This document shows positions 1 through 13,867 of a DNA stretch of 64,000 nt, piece by piece. Positions within the stretch are counted from its first letter, which is position 1. Every line of letters starts with the position of its first letter. Source of the DNA: Camelus ferus (Eukaryota); contig NC_045704.1 of assembly GCF_009834535.1 (NCBI RefSeq), positions 62,248,001 to 62,312,000 of the forward strand, in the 5' to 3' direction. The position numbers and the translations under genes are program-made. Under the pieces are notes generated by a model that did not search any database, was not told the DNA's origin, and saw only the letters and a program-made list of their open reading frames with translations.

Positions 1-41
1 GACGTGTACTAGAAGCCTGGAACAGGCAACCAAGAACAGGC

Positions 42-440
42 TGTATTAATCAGGATGAACCAGGTTGTGCAGCAGCAACAAACAATCCTAGGATTTGGTA
101 ACCTAAAGCAGCCAAGGTTTAGTTCTTGTTCATGTTACACGTGCTTTGCAGCTTGCCTGGGGTTCTAGTCCACCTTGTTACCCAGGATCCAAGTGGACAG
201 AGGCTGCATTTTGACCTGTGCTCCCACAGTTGCCACATCAGGAGGAAGAGGATATGGCCAATCATGCACTGTTTCTGAAAGCTTCCCTGTACAAGTGACA
301 CATGTCACTTCCACTCATATTTCATTAGCCAAAGCAAGACACATGGCAACTCCTAATATCAAGGGGGCAGGGCAAAGCAGTCCAACTACGTGTCCAGAAC
401 GGGGACCTGAGGTATTTAATGACCAGCACTAATGACTACC
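42..440 (-). mobile_element. MaLR solo LTR (MLT1K/L-like)
   Basis: Begins tgtattaatcaggatgaaccaggttgtgcagcagcaacaaacaatcc and contains aagtgacacatgtcacttccactcatatttcattagccaaagcaag, both MLT1 hallmarks in antisense. Confidence 0.7.
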
Positions 441-2559
441 ATGCAGCAGAGCCTCTGCTCTTAGGCACTGCCTACCCAGGTGGGGGAGGGGAGACCTGGC
501 TAATCTGCACATGGGAGAGGGGGTGGTTGGCTGCTCACGGTCAACTGGAATTAACCAGGAGGGTTTCAAGGAGCTGGGGCTCAAGTTGGGTTTTAAGAGG
601 GAAGATAGGTTTGGCACAGAGAATTAAGAGGGAATCTCCAGAGTCCTTTGGTCCAGTATAGGCAGTGTTCTCTGGTCCACTGGGTGTGTGTTGACGAAGC
701 TGGGTCATAGCATCCCGCAGGTGTAGGTGGCATGCCTCTAAGCCCAGCCAGGCTGCTGAGAGCCCTACAGGGGCATTGCCATCAAGCACCAGTGGCCTTG
801 TGTCTGGCGTCTTGAGCGCTAGCTGGTTGAGTGTCTCCTGGGATATTTCTTGCACTATTTCTCTGGGTGACCCCACTCAGTCTGCAGACCCTCCATTTGG
901 ATAGTTAATACTCAATATCTATGTGCTGAATTTGTAAGGAGGGGGGCTGGGGAAGTCAGCCCCACGCTGGTGGGAAAAGAGTAAGACTCTTGATTTGTTC
1001 AAAGAGAGAAAGCTTGCTGGGCTCCATTTCTTGCCCCAGGGAGGGTCACTGGGACACCCCATCCTCATAGCTGGTGCTGACTTCGACCAGTCCAGTCTGA
1101 TGTCCCAGTGCCTCGCCCACCTTTCCTCTCCTGAAATGTCATCCCCAAGAACAGCATAAGCAGCGGAGCCGGCAGATAAGGCGGGCAGACGGGGCGGGCC
1201 GGAACAGCAGCTGTGCACCAGCCCCAAGCCCAGGAGCTCTGCTCTATAAATCACTCTGAAGTTTACATCTGGTGCAGCTCTTCCCCTGTGGTCTCGTAAG
1301 GCAGCAGCTTCATTATGGTGACTATATAGGTAGAGAAAAGCAGCCCCATCTTCCCCACACTGAGGCTGAGGCTGAGGGGCTCAGAGAGAGGGAGGGCTGG
1401 GGGCCAGGGGCTGGGGAAAGCAGGGCTCAATTCAGCCCTGAGAGAAGCCTCCCTTCTCCACCCCAGAGACCTTCCTTTCCCGGGATTTCAGCTCCGGGCA
1501 TGATGGAAGCCCTAGTCCTGGAGTAGCAGTCCGTGGTCAAGCAGGCCCCTCATCTGAATGCTAACTTCCTGCCTCCTAGCACCTGCGGCCGTCCCTGCCC
1601 TCCTCGCACCCCCTCTTCCCCAGCCCAGCTTCAGAAAAAGGCAGACCATCTCAAAGGAGCTGAATAAGTCGTCACCATCCTCATCAGCCTCAGCCAGTTC
1701 CATCATAGCCCTCCTCCATCACCTCCTAAGCAGGACACTGGGCCAGACCCTGGGGAGCCAGGGGGCTGAGATAGAAGACAGTCTCTTTGACCCACAGAAC
1801 TTTAATTACAGAGGCAAGAAATGTTCATGCAATAGCTAGTGATGCACGGGGAGTCCAGGCCCAGGAGTTCCCAAAGCTGGAGAGCAGGTGACCTGTTCAC
1901 ACACCGTGTTTTGCGCGCAGTCTGTCTGTGCTTAATGTTCTGCCTGTGGAGGCCCCTAGGGCCCTCCCCTCTGCAGCCTGTCCAGCAGGCAGGCTCTCAG
2001 GATCAGGCTCTTTATCCTGGTTAAGGGGGGGGGGGGGCGAAGAGTCAAGCAAAAGAAGGGAAAGAGAACTACGAAGGCTGGTGCTTTTACCTGTTTTTTG
2101 GTGTTGACTCAAACTGTAATTATTTGGAAGCCAGGGAGGCCCAAGCCCCAGTCCTGAGGAATGATTGAGCACTGAGTGTATATGAAATCCTGCAGCCAGT
2201 GCCGTGGGGGGCCAGATTCCGTTCCTAGAGCTGCATTTTGGCCCCGAGTTCCTCTGCCCCGAAGGCTGGTCTCTGAACACGCCTGGCATTCCTGCCTTTT
2301 GCCTTTGTTCCCAAGGCCAAGGTTCCCTCTGGCAGACAGGCCTCTCCCCCACCTCTCTGCTTGCTTGGCCCAAATCAATCCACCTTTCAAAGCTTCCCTG
2401 AAGCCTTTCTGCTCTCATGGCAATCACTCCTCCAGATTAATCTCTGGGTCCCTCAGTTATACGCCGAGCCTTATTCTGTCTTGCAAAGTCCTCCCAATGG
2501 CTCAGGAATGGCTTGTGTCCCACATTTGACTTTCTCTTGTATTTTCTCCTCAGGGCTGA

Positions 2560-2900
2560 GTATGTCATTTTATGTAATCGTAAGAACTCAGCACATTCTT
2601 GATGAATGACCAATGGTTTACTTAATTCAAATAAAACTATGTATTGGCGCACAAGGAAAGGATTAGTAAAGAGGCAATGAGATTTGGATGTAGCTAACCT
2701 GGGAAGGCTTCCTGGAGGAGAAAGTCAAGTAGCATTTTGAAAATGGATAGAGCTAGGCATGGTGGGGAGACCCCAGCTACACATTCCTTCAGAGGTATGG
2801 TTCGGGTAGCTGGTTTATGTCCAGAGTAGCAAAGAGATTAAACAGCCAGATCAGGTAGTCTGGACTGAAGTGGAGGGTCCGTGACCCACAGTGTGGGTAG
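2560..2900 (-). mobile_element. L2 fragment
   Basis: gggaaggcttcctggaggagaaag...gaaaatggatagagct...ggactgaagtggagg. Confidence 0.55.
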
Positions 2901-3825
2901 AAGAAGAGGTTCCGTGAGAAGGATGTTCAGGAGGCTGCTCTGAGGTCACGATAGTCCATGAATGCTGTCCTCTTTCGCTCCTCATCCTTGTATGAGAGAA
3001 TCAGATGCAGCCCTGGCAGGTGGAACCAGGCAGGTTCCTTGTTTTGGCCCGTGCCCCAGTGCTCGAGATGGTTTGAAGCAGCTAAGCCTGGAGTATTTGT
3101 GTTGTTTTCTCACAACCACTGAACGTGGAGCTTCATGGCTAGTGAAGGGGAGGTGCGCTTGGGAGTTGTGAGGCAGGGGCTAGCCCTTTGTTAACTGCAA
3201 ATCTTCAGCCCTGAGGGATACTCACCTTGGTGCCCCCAGGTTGTTTGGGAGGGAAGCCGAGGCAGTAACAGAGCTAACATACCTCTCGCTGGAGGATGAG
3301 AAACAGGCAAACCAGACCTGCAGGACAGTCGGAGGCCTCTACTGTTCCACGGAATCCAGAAGCTCAGGTGTGGGAAGGAAATTGTGGGAGTTCATCAAAT
3401 GCAGCCCAGCCTGGGCGGGGCTGCCCCACTCTTGCCTTGCTTGACTGAGGTCCCCTGGTGCTCTCCTGGGCATTCCCAGAGGCTGGCCATTTCCCCTCCT
3501 CCAAGAACTTCCATTGGCTGAAATCATCCTGCTCTTCCCTTCCCCCCTCTCCAGCCCCCAGTCTCATTATTTCTATATAAAGCTGTAGATTTATCATTAT
3601 AATAGAGCTGCCGTCACCAGGGTTTGCCAACATCTCTGTAATCTTGTCGTTATTGCTACAGAGGCCTCAGACCCCAGTGCACACAATCGCTCCCGTCGCC
3701 ATTCCCGATCCTGCATGGCGGCGGGAGGTGAAGGCTGTAATTGGGGCCATAAATATGTGTTGTGTTTGGTGGCGTTAATGGACTTGGCCATCTTCCTGCC
3801 TTACGGGGTCCCTGCCAGGTCAGAG

Positions 3826-3859
3826 TGAGTGTGTGTGTGTGCATGTGTATGTGTGTGTC
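3826..3859 (+). repeat. Interrupted (GT)n microsatellite
   Basis: gtgagtgtgtgtgtgtgcatgtgtatgtgtgtgt. Confidence 0.85.
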
Positions 3860-4034
3860 TTCTTTTGGGGTGACGGCGTGCTCTGTATACTTCCAGGGGG
3901 CCTAGACTCAGAGTCTGCAGGGAGGAAGGGAGGCCTTACATGGTAGAACAGTCTCTTCTCTAGCCTGAGAATGAGCAGAGCTGCATACAAAGAGCTCAGG
4001 CTTTGGTGCCAAACAAAGCATTCTAGCTTCTGCA

Positions 4035-4175
4035 CTTTCTAACTTTGAGACCTTGGGGCCATTATCTAAACCGTACCTCAGTTTCTACATCAGTAAAATG
4101 GGCATGGTAATGAAACACAGATCATAGTGGTATTATATGTAGTAAATTAAACAAAATACACAAGATGCCTAGACA
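4035..4175 (+). mobile_element. MIR SINE
   Basis: MIR core cctcagtttctacatcagtaaaatgggcatggtaatg. Confidence 0.7.
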
Positions 4176-6569
4176 GCACCATCACAGAGCAGCCTCCTGA
4201 GCCCCATTCTAACAGCACCTTCCTTCTGACTCAGCCTGTAGCTCACAATTAGTACCCCTTCCAGGCCTGACCCCCTCCCCCACTTTGATCCAGACCACCT
4301 ATTCCAACAAGTTGTTGGTTATTATTATTCCTATTTTATTTGTTTCTTTATTTTATCTCTTGTCCTAACTTGTGTTCTCTGTGTGACCCTGGAAAAGTGA
4401 CTTGCCCTCTCTGGGCTGCGGTTTCCTCAGAAATCAGCTGCAAAGGTCTAAGATTCTGAGATTCTTGGCTTCTCCTATAGAAAAGTGCTTGGCTCTCTAG
4501 CTTTCAAAGCAGAGCTATCCAGTCCCTGGGACAGCCGTCTTCCTAGTAGAGGCCTCAACCCCAGGTTGATAGGCCCCTGGGCAGAATTTCCAGACCTACC
4601 CTCCGCCCTTCAATGTCAGTTAAAAATCAGTCCTCTCTTCAAGTCGCTGGGAAATGTCCTCTAGGGGGTTCCTTCCACATGGAAGACCCCCACCAACAAG
4701 CTGTCTCCCTCCTTTTCCCACAATGCACAGTTCCTCACCAGGGCTCAGACCCCCCCCCCCCACCTCTCAGGTCCCCTATTTACTGGCTATTAATATGCAG
4801 GTTATTACCTGAGCTCCTACCAGAAGCCAAGAGCACAACCAACTTTATCACAGTTCATCCTCACCATAAGCCTTATTATTGTCCCTTATATGTAAGTAAA
4901 GGAGGGAAGGTTCCAGGTTAAGGGAGACCCAGTGTCACCCAGGCAGAAAGTGGTAGAGAGCCAGGATTCAAATCCACGTCTTCAGCAGAGCCCATGTCCT
5001 TGCATGCCCTGAGGGGAGTGTGATTCCATTGCTCCTTGGATGGAAGACAGATCCTGAAATCGTGCAGCTTGTCAAGAGATCCAGAAGAGTGTTTGGTTTG
5101 TTTTCTCTGTCAGGCCTGGTCCATTCCTCTCGTTTCAGGGGCAGCTCTTGTGCTGACACTGGGATTCTGTTACCATGTCCCCAGTGTGCTTCCTGTGGGC
5201 ACGCAGTTTGACATTCATTCCTCTTTCATTCCACAGACATGGATTGAGTGTCAGCTCTGCGATGTCAATTCAGTCTCTCAGCACGTGTTGGAAACAAGCT
5301 GAGCTGTGGAAAGGCTGGCAAAGAAAGAGCCCCCACCTCCAAGAGCCCGGGCTAATGGGAAGTGTAGGGCCTGCCCAGTGACCCCCAAGCCCCCCACCCC
5401 CTCACACACAGGGCACACATTTGGAAACAGACCTGTTTAGGATGCTCACCGCAACATCATGCAAACCACTCTACTTCAAGGCACATGCAGATGTGTTGAG
5501 GAGAAATGCAGAAAAGAAATCAGAGTCAGAAAGGGAAAGTTTTCGGCCAGGCTTTGATGGCAGTGAAGGTAGAGAGTGCTAAAAGAGGATGGGTCAGAGG
5601 GAGAAGAGAGTGTTTCTCTATTTTCTTTGGATTGTGGGGAAGATCTAGAAAGAACTTCTCTCATATATGATGTGTTCCTTATCTTTGTGCAGTAACTCCT
5701 TGCGGTGTAATTCTTGTATACCAGGCACCAGGCTAGCACTGGGAATACAATAACTTCAACTTAGTCCTGTCCTCAAAGCCTCACAGTCTAATGGGGGAGG
5801 CAGGGAAGCAGCTTTGTTGATCCGGGGGACACGCAAGTCCCGGCACACTGAGGAAGGGCTGGCCTCCTAGAATGAAACTGTCTTTCCTGCCAGAAAAGAT
5901 TTAGTTGCATCCTTTTCTCACACCCCTATCCTTGAGTCCAGTGAGATCCAAGGGTAGCTTACAGAAGACCTTTTCAAGTAGAGCCAAAGAATCCAAAAAA
6001 TTGATTCACGGTGACTTATTAAATCACCCTGGGATGAAGTCTCCCGGAGGCTCGTTGACCAGCAGCCTGACGCAACGCCTTCAGAGTGCCCCCCGTGGGT
6101 CTCAGGCTTCCAGGTCTATGCTGGTCAGGTGGTGGGTGGGAAGGAGCAAGAGGGCAGCGTAATGAACCTTCATCCACTCAACATGTCTTCAGTGATCCCT
6201 CAAAGAATTTATTTGGGTCCAAGAACACTGGGTGTTGAAGGAACAAACATAGTCCTTACTTTCAAGGAGCTTACAGTTGGCTGGAGATTTCAGAGCAAAT
6301 AAAAATGTCATCAAAAGAACACAATGTTTTAAGTTGTATTAAAAGGGAAAAGGGGAAGAGAAGTGATTACTTGAAACTGGGAGAATGAGGAAGTGGAATA
6401 GGGGATGCAGATGGCAGAAGGAGAATTTGAGAACAAGAACTGAGTTTGGGGGAACACCCACAGTCAAGAAGAAGGAGGAGTGGGGCCAGCAAAGGGTACA
6501 GAGCAGGGAGAGCCAAGAGACAAGAGAACTGAGGAAGGTAAAGGAGGGACAGTTCGGGAAATGTGCATC

Positions 6570-7860
6570 CAGCAGTGATCTGTTCGAGCATCTGCGGGGT
6601 ACCAAGTGCAGCCCTAGGCACTGGGGATGCAGGAATAAATGAAGTCCCTGTTCTCATGGTGCTTACACTCTGGTAGGGGGAGAGAAATGGATAAGCGAGG
6701 TAAATAGGGTGTCTGAGAGTGGGAAGTGGCATGGAGAAAATAAAGCCGGGGAGTGTGGTGGGGGTTGTTGGGGTCGAGACGGTGGCTTGGAGAGAAGATT
6801 ACAGGGTAAAACAGGGCGGTCCGGGGACACATCCCTGAGACAGGGCCATCTGAGTAGGCCTGGAAGACAAGAGGGAGAGAGCCAGGCAGGTATCCAGAAG
6901 GAGAGAGGTCCAGGCAGAGAGAATGGAGAATGCAAAGACTCTGAGGTGGGACGATGCCTGGCTTGTTCAAGTAAGGGCCCAGTGTGGCTGAAGCAGACGT
7001 GTGGCTGGGGAGGAGAGAGAATAAGAGATGAAGCGGGAGAGTAAAGGGGCAGGAAAGGTTCATGGAGTTCCACAGTCAAAAGCTGAAAAACACTGCTGTA
7101 GCTGTCAGGTTGGGAACAGACTATACAACTAGGGAAAGACAGAGGAATCAGTTGGGAGGCTATTGGATGAGGATGGGGCTAGAGATGCAAGATGTGGCTT
7201 GACTCTGGATATATTTTGAAAGTAGAACTAGCAGTATTGGCTGACAGATTGAGTATAGGGCCTAGGGTCTAGAGAAACAGAAAAATCAGCCTGAGCATCT
7301 CAGGGTGGAACTGCCATTGACTGAGTTGGGGAATCCTGGAGGGACAACCCATGGGGAGGAAGATCAAGAACTCAGATCTGGAAATGTCATAGCTGAGATA
7401 CCACTGGACATCCAAGTGGAGACGTTGGTCAGGAACTTGGGTAAAGAGTGTAGCATCCAAAAGAGAGGACTCAGCTAAAGAAATGCATTTAGGAGATGTC
7501 AGCATATAAATGGTGTTAAAAGCCATGAGACTAGTTGAGATCCCAAGTTTAGAGAAGGATCCAAGACTGAACCTTAGGACACTTTAATGTTTAGACATGG
7601 GAACTGCGAGGAAAAATCAGCAAAATAAGATTGACAACCAGCAGCCAGTGAAACAGGAAAACCAGGAAAGCTCAGTGTCCTGGGAAACAGAGGCTGTATC
7701 AGATGCTGTGATGGCTCCAGTAAGATTTTGCTCAGCATCGGCCTTAAGAGCCATTTCAGTGGAGGCTGATTGGAGAAGAGATCATTTGCGGAAGACTGGG
7801 ACATGGGCTGTATCATTTCAGGAGAACTCTTGTTTATCATTTATGTATCATTTAGGGAAA
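6570..7860 (-). mobile_element. L2 LINE fragment (3' end to RT-domain remnant)
   Basis: Antisense L2 3'-end motif (ctaggcactggggatgcagg...gtccctgttctcatggtgcttacactctggtag). Near 7750-7780 the reverse strand reads QS.STEMAL, resembling the L2 RT motif QSGF...HSTETAL. Confidence 0.8.
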
Positions 7861-10800
7861 TGAGATTTTAAGGACTCCAAAGGCTGGTTTTGCTGGGTGC
7901 CAGCAGGCTAGATCCATGTGTGGGCCGTTCCTTGGGGAAAAGTTGGGGTGGGAATGGGGGGAGTGAGTGAGCAGCCCTGGTCCCTCAGAGCACAGCAGGC
8001 CAAGACAGCACATTACATCAGGAATCTGCAGCCAGACTAGGTGTCCCTAGAATTCTGCCTTAAATTCCTGAGTGTCTGGATTCTTGTGGCAGGACCAAGC
8101 CAGGAGAGGAGCAGCAAGAGCTTTCTGAAAGAGGCCCGAAAGGGCAGATCAGGGTTACCTGGAGGCCCCAGGAGGTGTGAAAGGAGTAAGGCTGCCCAAA
8201 CCCATGAAGATTGTTCCCCAAGTCCTTCGGCTAGAGCTGCTCTGAATAACGTATGAAGGTATGAAGACGGCCGGCCCTGTTGGCTCTCTGAGTGGCCTGG
8301 CTGCAGTGAGCCCTGGCTGTGCCCTCCCGGCCGCCCGGCCCCACTGTCTGAGTCAGAAGCCCCTGGGTCGCTGTGGGGCTACAGGCTTCCCTGTTTACTT
8401 GCTGCTCAGCTGGAGCTGGTGTCTCTGCTAATGTTCACTTACCCCCACAGCCCTCAGGCCTGGCCTCATTATCCTCATTCTCTGGAACGCTGAGCTCTCC
8501 TCCTGCACCCCCACCCTCAGGCCGGTGGTGGTGGGGCTGTGTGTGCAGAAATGTCCAGTCCATAACCCGACCCAGTTTATTCCTTCAGCCCCTGACAATG
8601 CAGAGGGCAGCTCAGATCATTCCTTTGCTCTCCTCCCTGAAGAGGGGAGGAGGGGAAGGGCCTGGTTGGTTACCTCCCCACAAGGATGCTTTGGTCAGAT
8701 AGGGGCTGATGAAGCCAGGAGCAGCTTTTCCTGCTCCAGAGTAAGAACTACAGCCCTGCCCTCCGAGCTCATGTCCTATAATGACAGGGAGGGAGTTGGG
8801 AGGGGGTGCACCAGGGGTCGGTCCATGCTCAAAGCTCAGGTCCTTAGAGTGTGGCTCACCCTGCCAGGCCCCAGTTTCTGAAGCCAATGTAACCTTGAAT
8901 TTTGTGGGACAACCCCAATGGCCAAGGCTCCTCTAGCAAAGGGTCACTGAAAATCCATCAAGAACCCACCTAGAAAGGGGAAGAGGTAGGGTGTGGGGTC
9001 CGAGCTCCACCCCACAGGCAGTATGTCTGATGGGAGAGAGGGGACACAACTCCAGAATGTCAGCGGGGTCCCTGCACCACAGGTGAGAAGTCCAGGTCCG
9101 TGAGTTGTCCCTTCAGCAGAGGTGATGGATGTACACCAACCTTCTACACCCCATCAGTTGGGCCAACTGGGACCAGTAGCTGTTCTTGGGTACACGGGGT
9201 TAAAGGTTTTCCAGGCGGTGCTGGAAAAGAAAGCTAATTCATCCAGACAGGGTTCTGACCCAGCTGTAAGCAGAGTTGCTCAATAACTGCTCCACTGGCC
9301 TTGGGTGCTGTTCTCTTTTAAGTCATTTCTAAACTCGGCCTTTCACAATAGGTCCTTCCCTGCAGCTTCAGAAGAAGTGGCCTTAAGAGGCTGCCAGAGG
9401 CTCAGAACACTGGAGACAGTTCCCTTCTCACTGTTGGTAAATTCCTAGCATCCAGACAGCCCCACTGCCCACTCTGGCCAGCTTCCCGCAGAAGCCAGCT
9501 CCCACTGGCCTCCAGAGCACAGCCTGGTTCTGCCTCCCTCCTCTGCTCGAGCTGGCTGGGCCAGCCGACCCTGCCCTGCCCCAGCCCCACGTGCCCACAT
9601 TAGTATGCGGCACATCTCAGTGGCATAAATATCTAATCTTTCCCTTACAAGAGAATGAATGGGAAATCATTAGGCAACAGGCTCATGCATCAAGAAAAAT
9701 CTATTCCTCCAACGCTAGTGCATTTTACGTGCTTCCCCCACCTTGCTGTGCAGAGCACCCGCGCTTGTCCTGTTGCTTCTACCACCTGATAACCCACAGT
9801 GACAGACATTCTCTCCTGGAGAGAAATTATTTGGTCAAAAGGGAAGCCACAGCCAAACATCCCCTCTGGACACCGTCAAGGACACCCGAACTCCAGGATT
9901 TATTTGGGAGGAAGGGGTTGCAGTGGGTCCCCTGGACTAGCAGCAGTCCAGAGAGACTGGGGTCACCGGGTATAACTATGACCAGAATGGCAACCAACTC
10001 GGAAGTACTGGGGCAGTCCCTGAGGGATTTCTAATTGCTGCAGACCATGGTGTTCTGACTCCATGTACTCATGGACTTGGGAAAAGTCAAACCTGAAAGA
10101 GCCTCAGAGATGATCTGGCCCAATGTCCTCCGGCCACAGATGAGCAAATTAAGACCAGAGAAGTCACACAACTTGTCTGGGATGGCTCGCTGAGTCCATG
10201 CAAATCTGGACCCCAGCCCCGATCTCATGAGACCCAGTCCTGTGCCTCCTTATCTCCAGCTTTTTATAGGGAATTCTCGCCCTGGTTTTTTTTAATCACT
10301 CCCTCCCCTCTTCCCTTCCGAGGCCTCTGCCCACTCACTATCTCCATTCTGTGCCTGTGAGCCTCTCTGTCCTGTAGGGAAGAGGGCCAAGACTTGGAGT
10401 CTAAGGCACAGCGTGTCAAAGGTACAGAGCAAAGACGACATTTTCTCTGCCATAGTCTCTTCCATGCAAGAGACTTCCAGTCTCTACTGGGAGTGGAAAT
10501 AGGCAAACCAACAAGCAACACAGCAAGAAAACCGAGAAGGAAAGAGAAGCCACATATCAAAATGCCTGGGACCCTAAGGCAACTAACCCCTGACTTTCAA
10601 GCCTCCCGTCGTACATACTTATTTATGCCTTGGAGGGGGAAGGAGACAAAGCTAGCTGTAGAGTCTGGGTCAACCTTGTCCAAGGGTTAGCATATTTTTA
10701 TGGTGTTTCAATGTCAGCAACAATGTAGAAAGATGGGGCCTCCCTCCACCCCACTCCCCTGCCAGCCCTGTGCCCATCTGGTCCTCATTCATCCTCATCA

Positions 10801-11379
10801 GTTGTCCCCTGGAGCCATCTTCTCCTCTCAGGTCTGAATTGACACCTACTCATTCTCCATGAATATTTAATGCCTTCCTTTCTAGACAAATTCTCTGAGA
10901 CCTTGCAGGTCTCTTTAGGGCTGTGGCAAAACTTGGGATGAAGTTTTCCATGGAAGCCACTGGCCTTGAGATGTGGAATTAGAATAGGGAGACAGCCCCT
11001 GGGATGGGAGAGGCCAGGGCAAGATGTTTACTGCTCACTTCTCTCTGGGCAGTGGAGGCCGGCATTGCCCTGGGTCGTCGTGGCCTGAGAAGCATCAGTG
11101 ATTGCTTCAGAAGACTTCCATGTCTTCCTGCTGATAGTCTGGACTTGGCACAGCTTGGAGTTCAGGGAGGGCACCAATGTTGATGAAACTGGTTTCTCCA
11201 GGAGCTGGTTTATACTGTGATCAGAAATCGTGTGTCTGAGTGCATGAGGGGTGGGAGGGAATGGAGGTGAGATGGGAGCGGATGAGAGAACAGGCCTCAG
11301 ATCACCATCTGCATACAGAGCTGCGACTGCAGGGGTGAGCAGGCCAGCAGCTGGGGCCTCTCTGCCTCCATGTCGCCAA

Positions 11380-11530
11380 GCTTGACAAGCTTACATTTAA
11401 TCCTCTCCGCCACCCTGCAGGGTGGGTACTGTGATTATCTGGCTTCCAGACAGGGAACTCAGGCAACCAGCTCAAGGTCACAAAGCCAGCAGAAAGCAGA
11501 GCCCGGAGTCAAGCCGGGTGAGTTGGCTGC
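11380..11530 (-). mobile_element. MIR SINE
   Basis: ttacatttaatcctctc...ctcaaggtcacaaagccagcagaaagcagagcc. Confidence 0.65.
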
Positions 11531-13866
11531 ACTGTATGGGCTCCTAACTCTCTGCTGTCTCAGGAGCTGGCTCCCAGGGGCTCTCCCCAACAGCTTGCCT
11601 CTTCTGAGCCGGGGACAGCAAATGTTCTCCTGTCCCCTCCAGCTCTAATTCTCTGCCTCTTCTGAAGTGTCCTCCTCTTGGCCTCTGGTGGCTCTTCTTT
11701 CATTGATCCCAGTCACGAGACACAAGCCCCAGCTCCATCCCACTCCAAGCCACACAAAATGAGTGTCAGCACTCCAACTGGAGGTTTGTTCTCATGGGAG
11801 TTGGGTGTTTATACCCTGCTGCCCAGTGCGCAGCTTCACGTGGCAGGGAAGGCAGCTGGGGGCATTGGTCCCAGAGGTTCTCCCCACCATGCCTCCCACT
11901 GAATGCCAGCTCCCATCATCCTGTTGGCTCCTGTCCACCTGCCCCAGGTTCCATGTCTCAAACACAGACACACTACGCCCCTCTTTAAACTGCCCTGGGA
12001 AATTTAGTTCTCACCAGCCCTGAAGCCTAGGCTCAGTTCCAGCCCCATTTTCAAACATACAAAACCCAAGAAGGTACTTAGTTGAATGGCAGACCATCTT
12101 ATCCAACAGCAGTGGGACCCCGAGACTGGTCTATTGCCTTTGCTGGGCACCACCCTCCATAGAAGGCAGTTGTGGTTTTAAATAACATTTGTTTTCCGTT
12201 GATACCTAAAACCCACTCTGGCCATTGGCATTCTCTGAGTCATAAAGGGACATGTAGGGTTGTCCCTGTATATGCAGGAGAAACCCCTCCTTAGAGGGAC
12301 AGGTGAAGTTGCTACCTGAGCCAGGAAAGCGGAATCACTTTCCATCCCAGCCCTCCCAGTTCTGCCAGTGGGCTGAGAAGGAAACTGCCTGGTCCACCAA
12401 AATGAGGCCTAAAGGGAGGCTCCAGCCAGCAGAAGGATTGGATGAGGTTTTGGCCAGGAAGGAGACCACAGATGAGTGTCCAGAAAAGATGAGGAGCCAC
12501 TCCCCAGAAATGGGTGGAGAGCTGCCAGGGAGGGGCCTCTGAAGTCGTCCCAGCCCAGCAGGCCTGGAGCCCAGGACCTGAAGACTCCAAAGGCACTCCA
12601 CTGGGGTTTCCTTCGCTCACCCTTAGTTTTTGGAGCAGTTCTTTTTCACGTTGCCAGACAATTTCAGGGATGCTGTAGGAACCAGAAGACCAGGCTTGGG
12701 TCTACACTTGGGTTGGAGCTTTAAAGAGAATGTAGAATATGATGGGGCAGCTTGAACCCAAGAGAAAACCCAGAAGAGAAGATGGGGCAGCTCGGGGTGA
12801 GGGACAAGAGAGGTGCTGCTTCAGCACCTCCCCCACAGGCTAGCCCTCCCCAGAGCCCTCCAGAGCCCTTGCGGGGAGGGATGGGGAGAGACTGTTCCCC
12901 ATCCCAGCCTAGAACAGCACTGGCCTGGGGCTCCTTCCCCACGGGGCTGAGTGCGTCCACTTCCTCTGAGAGCCTCTGGTTGATCCACATCTCTGTAGTG
13001 ACACATTAGACCATATGCTCGGAACAGCCCAGCTTCCAGAGGGAGAAAAACAGCTCTAGCAGTGTACCATGAAAACATGATAAGCATTTCCCTTCTTGAG
13101 AAGTTGGGGGCAGGCTGGCTTTGTGACTTGGGGCGCCCGCTTGAAAATGCCTCCCCTACATTGTCAGAAATCATCCCCAGCTGAGTCACTCCCCAAGGGC
13201 CCTGCTAGCATGACACTCTGAGGGGGCCTCCCCACCATCTCCCAAAACCAGCACATCAGACTAGCTGAGAGTTAGCTGGAAAGTGAAGAAGCAGGAAGAA
13301 AGCAAACAGAACAGACAAGTTCTGAGTGCCCAGAGGGCAGTGGGGAACGGGCAGTGTCATTAGGGAAAATTCTGGAGCTGGCAAGCTATCCTGGGAGGCA
13401 GACCCTGCATAGGTATTTTGAAGGTGGGAGTTAGGACTCTGAAGTGGCTTTTAAGGGGAAAAACATGGGACCAAACTTTCTTCTTGCTTCTGGGCCATTT
13501 TTGGTAGATTTGGGAAGAAAAGGGGGCCAGAGGAAAAGGCAGGCAATGAGTGCGTTTGTAATTCCAATTCTTGCTGACAGGACCATTTTTTTTTTTTCTT
13601 TTTGTATTAGTAAATCCTATCCAAGCCTGGGCAGACACCCAGCTCTCTTCAGGGAGTGAGTGTTCCCTAAGGAAAAATATTCCCCCAACACAACTGGGGC
13701 CATGTTTATCAGAGAAGCTCTGGCTGAGCAACTGTTTTCTATTGCGTGAGAGAGGAAGGGAGAATCTCAGCAGGGTCCCCTGGTCATCTTGGGTCTGGCC
13801 AGTTGGAGCCAGCCTGGGCCTCCCTGGGCCAGACCTCAGCAGCCCTACACATGCACGTGTGGGCGT

Positions 13867-13867
<1 letters not shown>

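Noticed and set aside
292-309. Palindrome aagtgaca-ca-tgtcactt
   Set aside because: Part of the MLT1 LTR consensus; the second MLT1 copy carries the related tgtcactt half.
2025-2037. G13 homopolymer (and C12 at 4750-4761)
   Set aside because: Simple homopolymers of unreliable length, with no structure beyond that.
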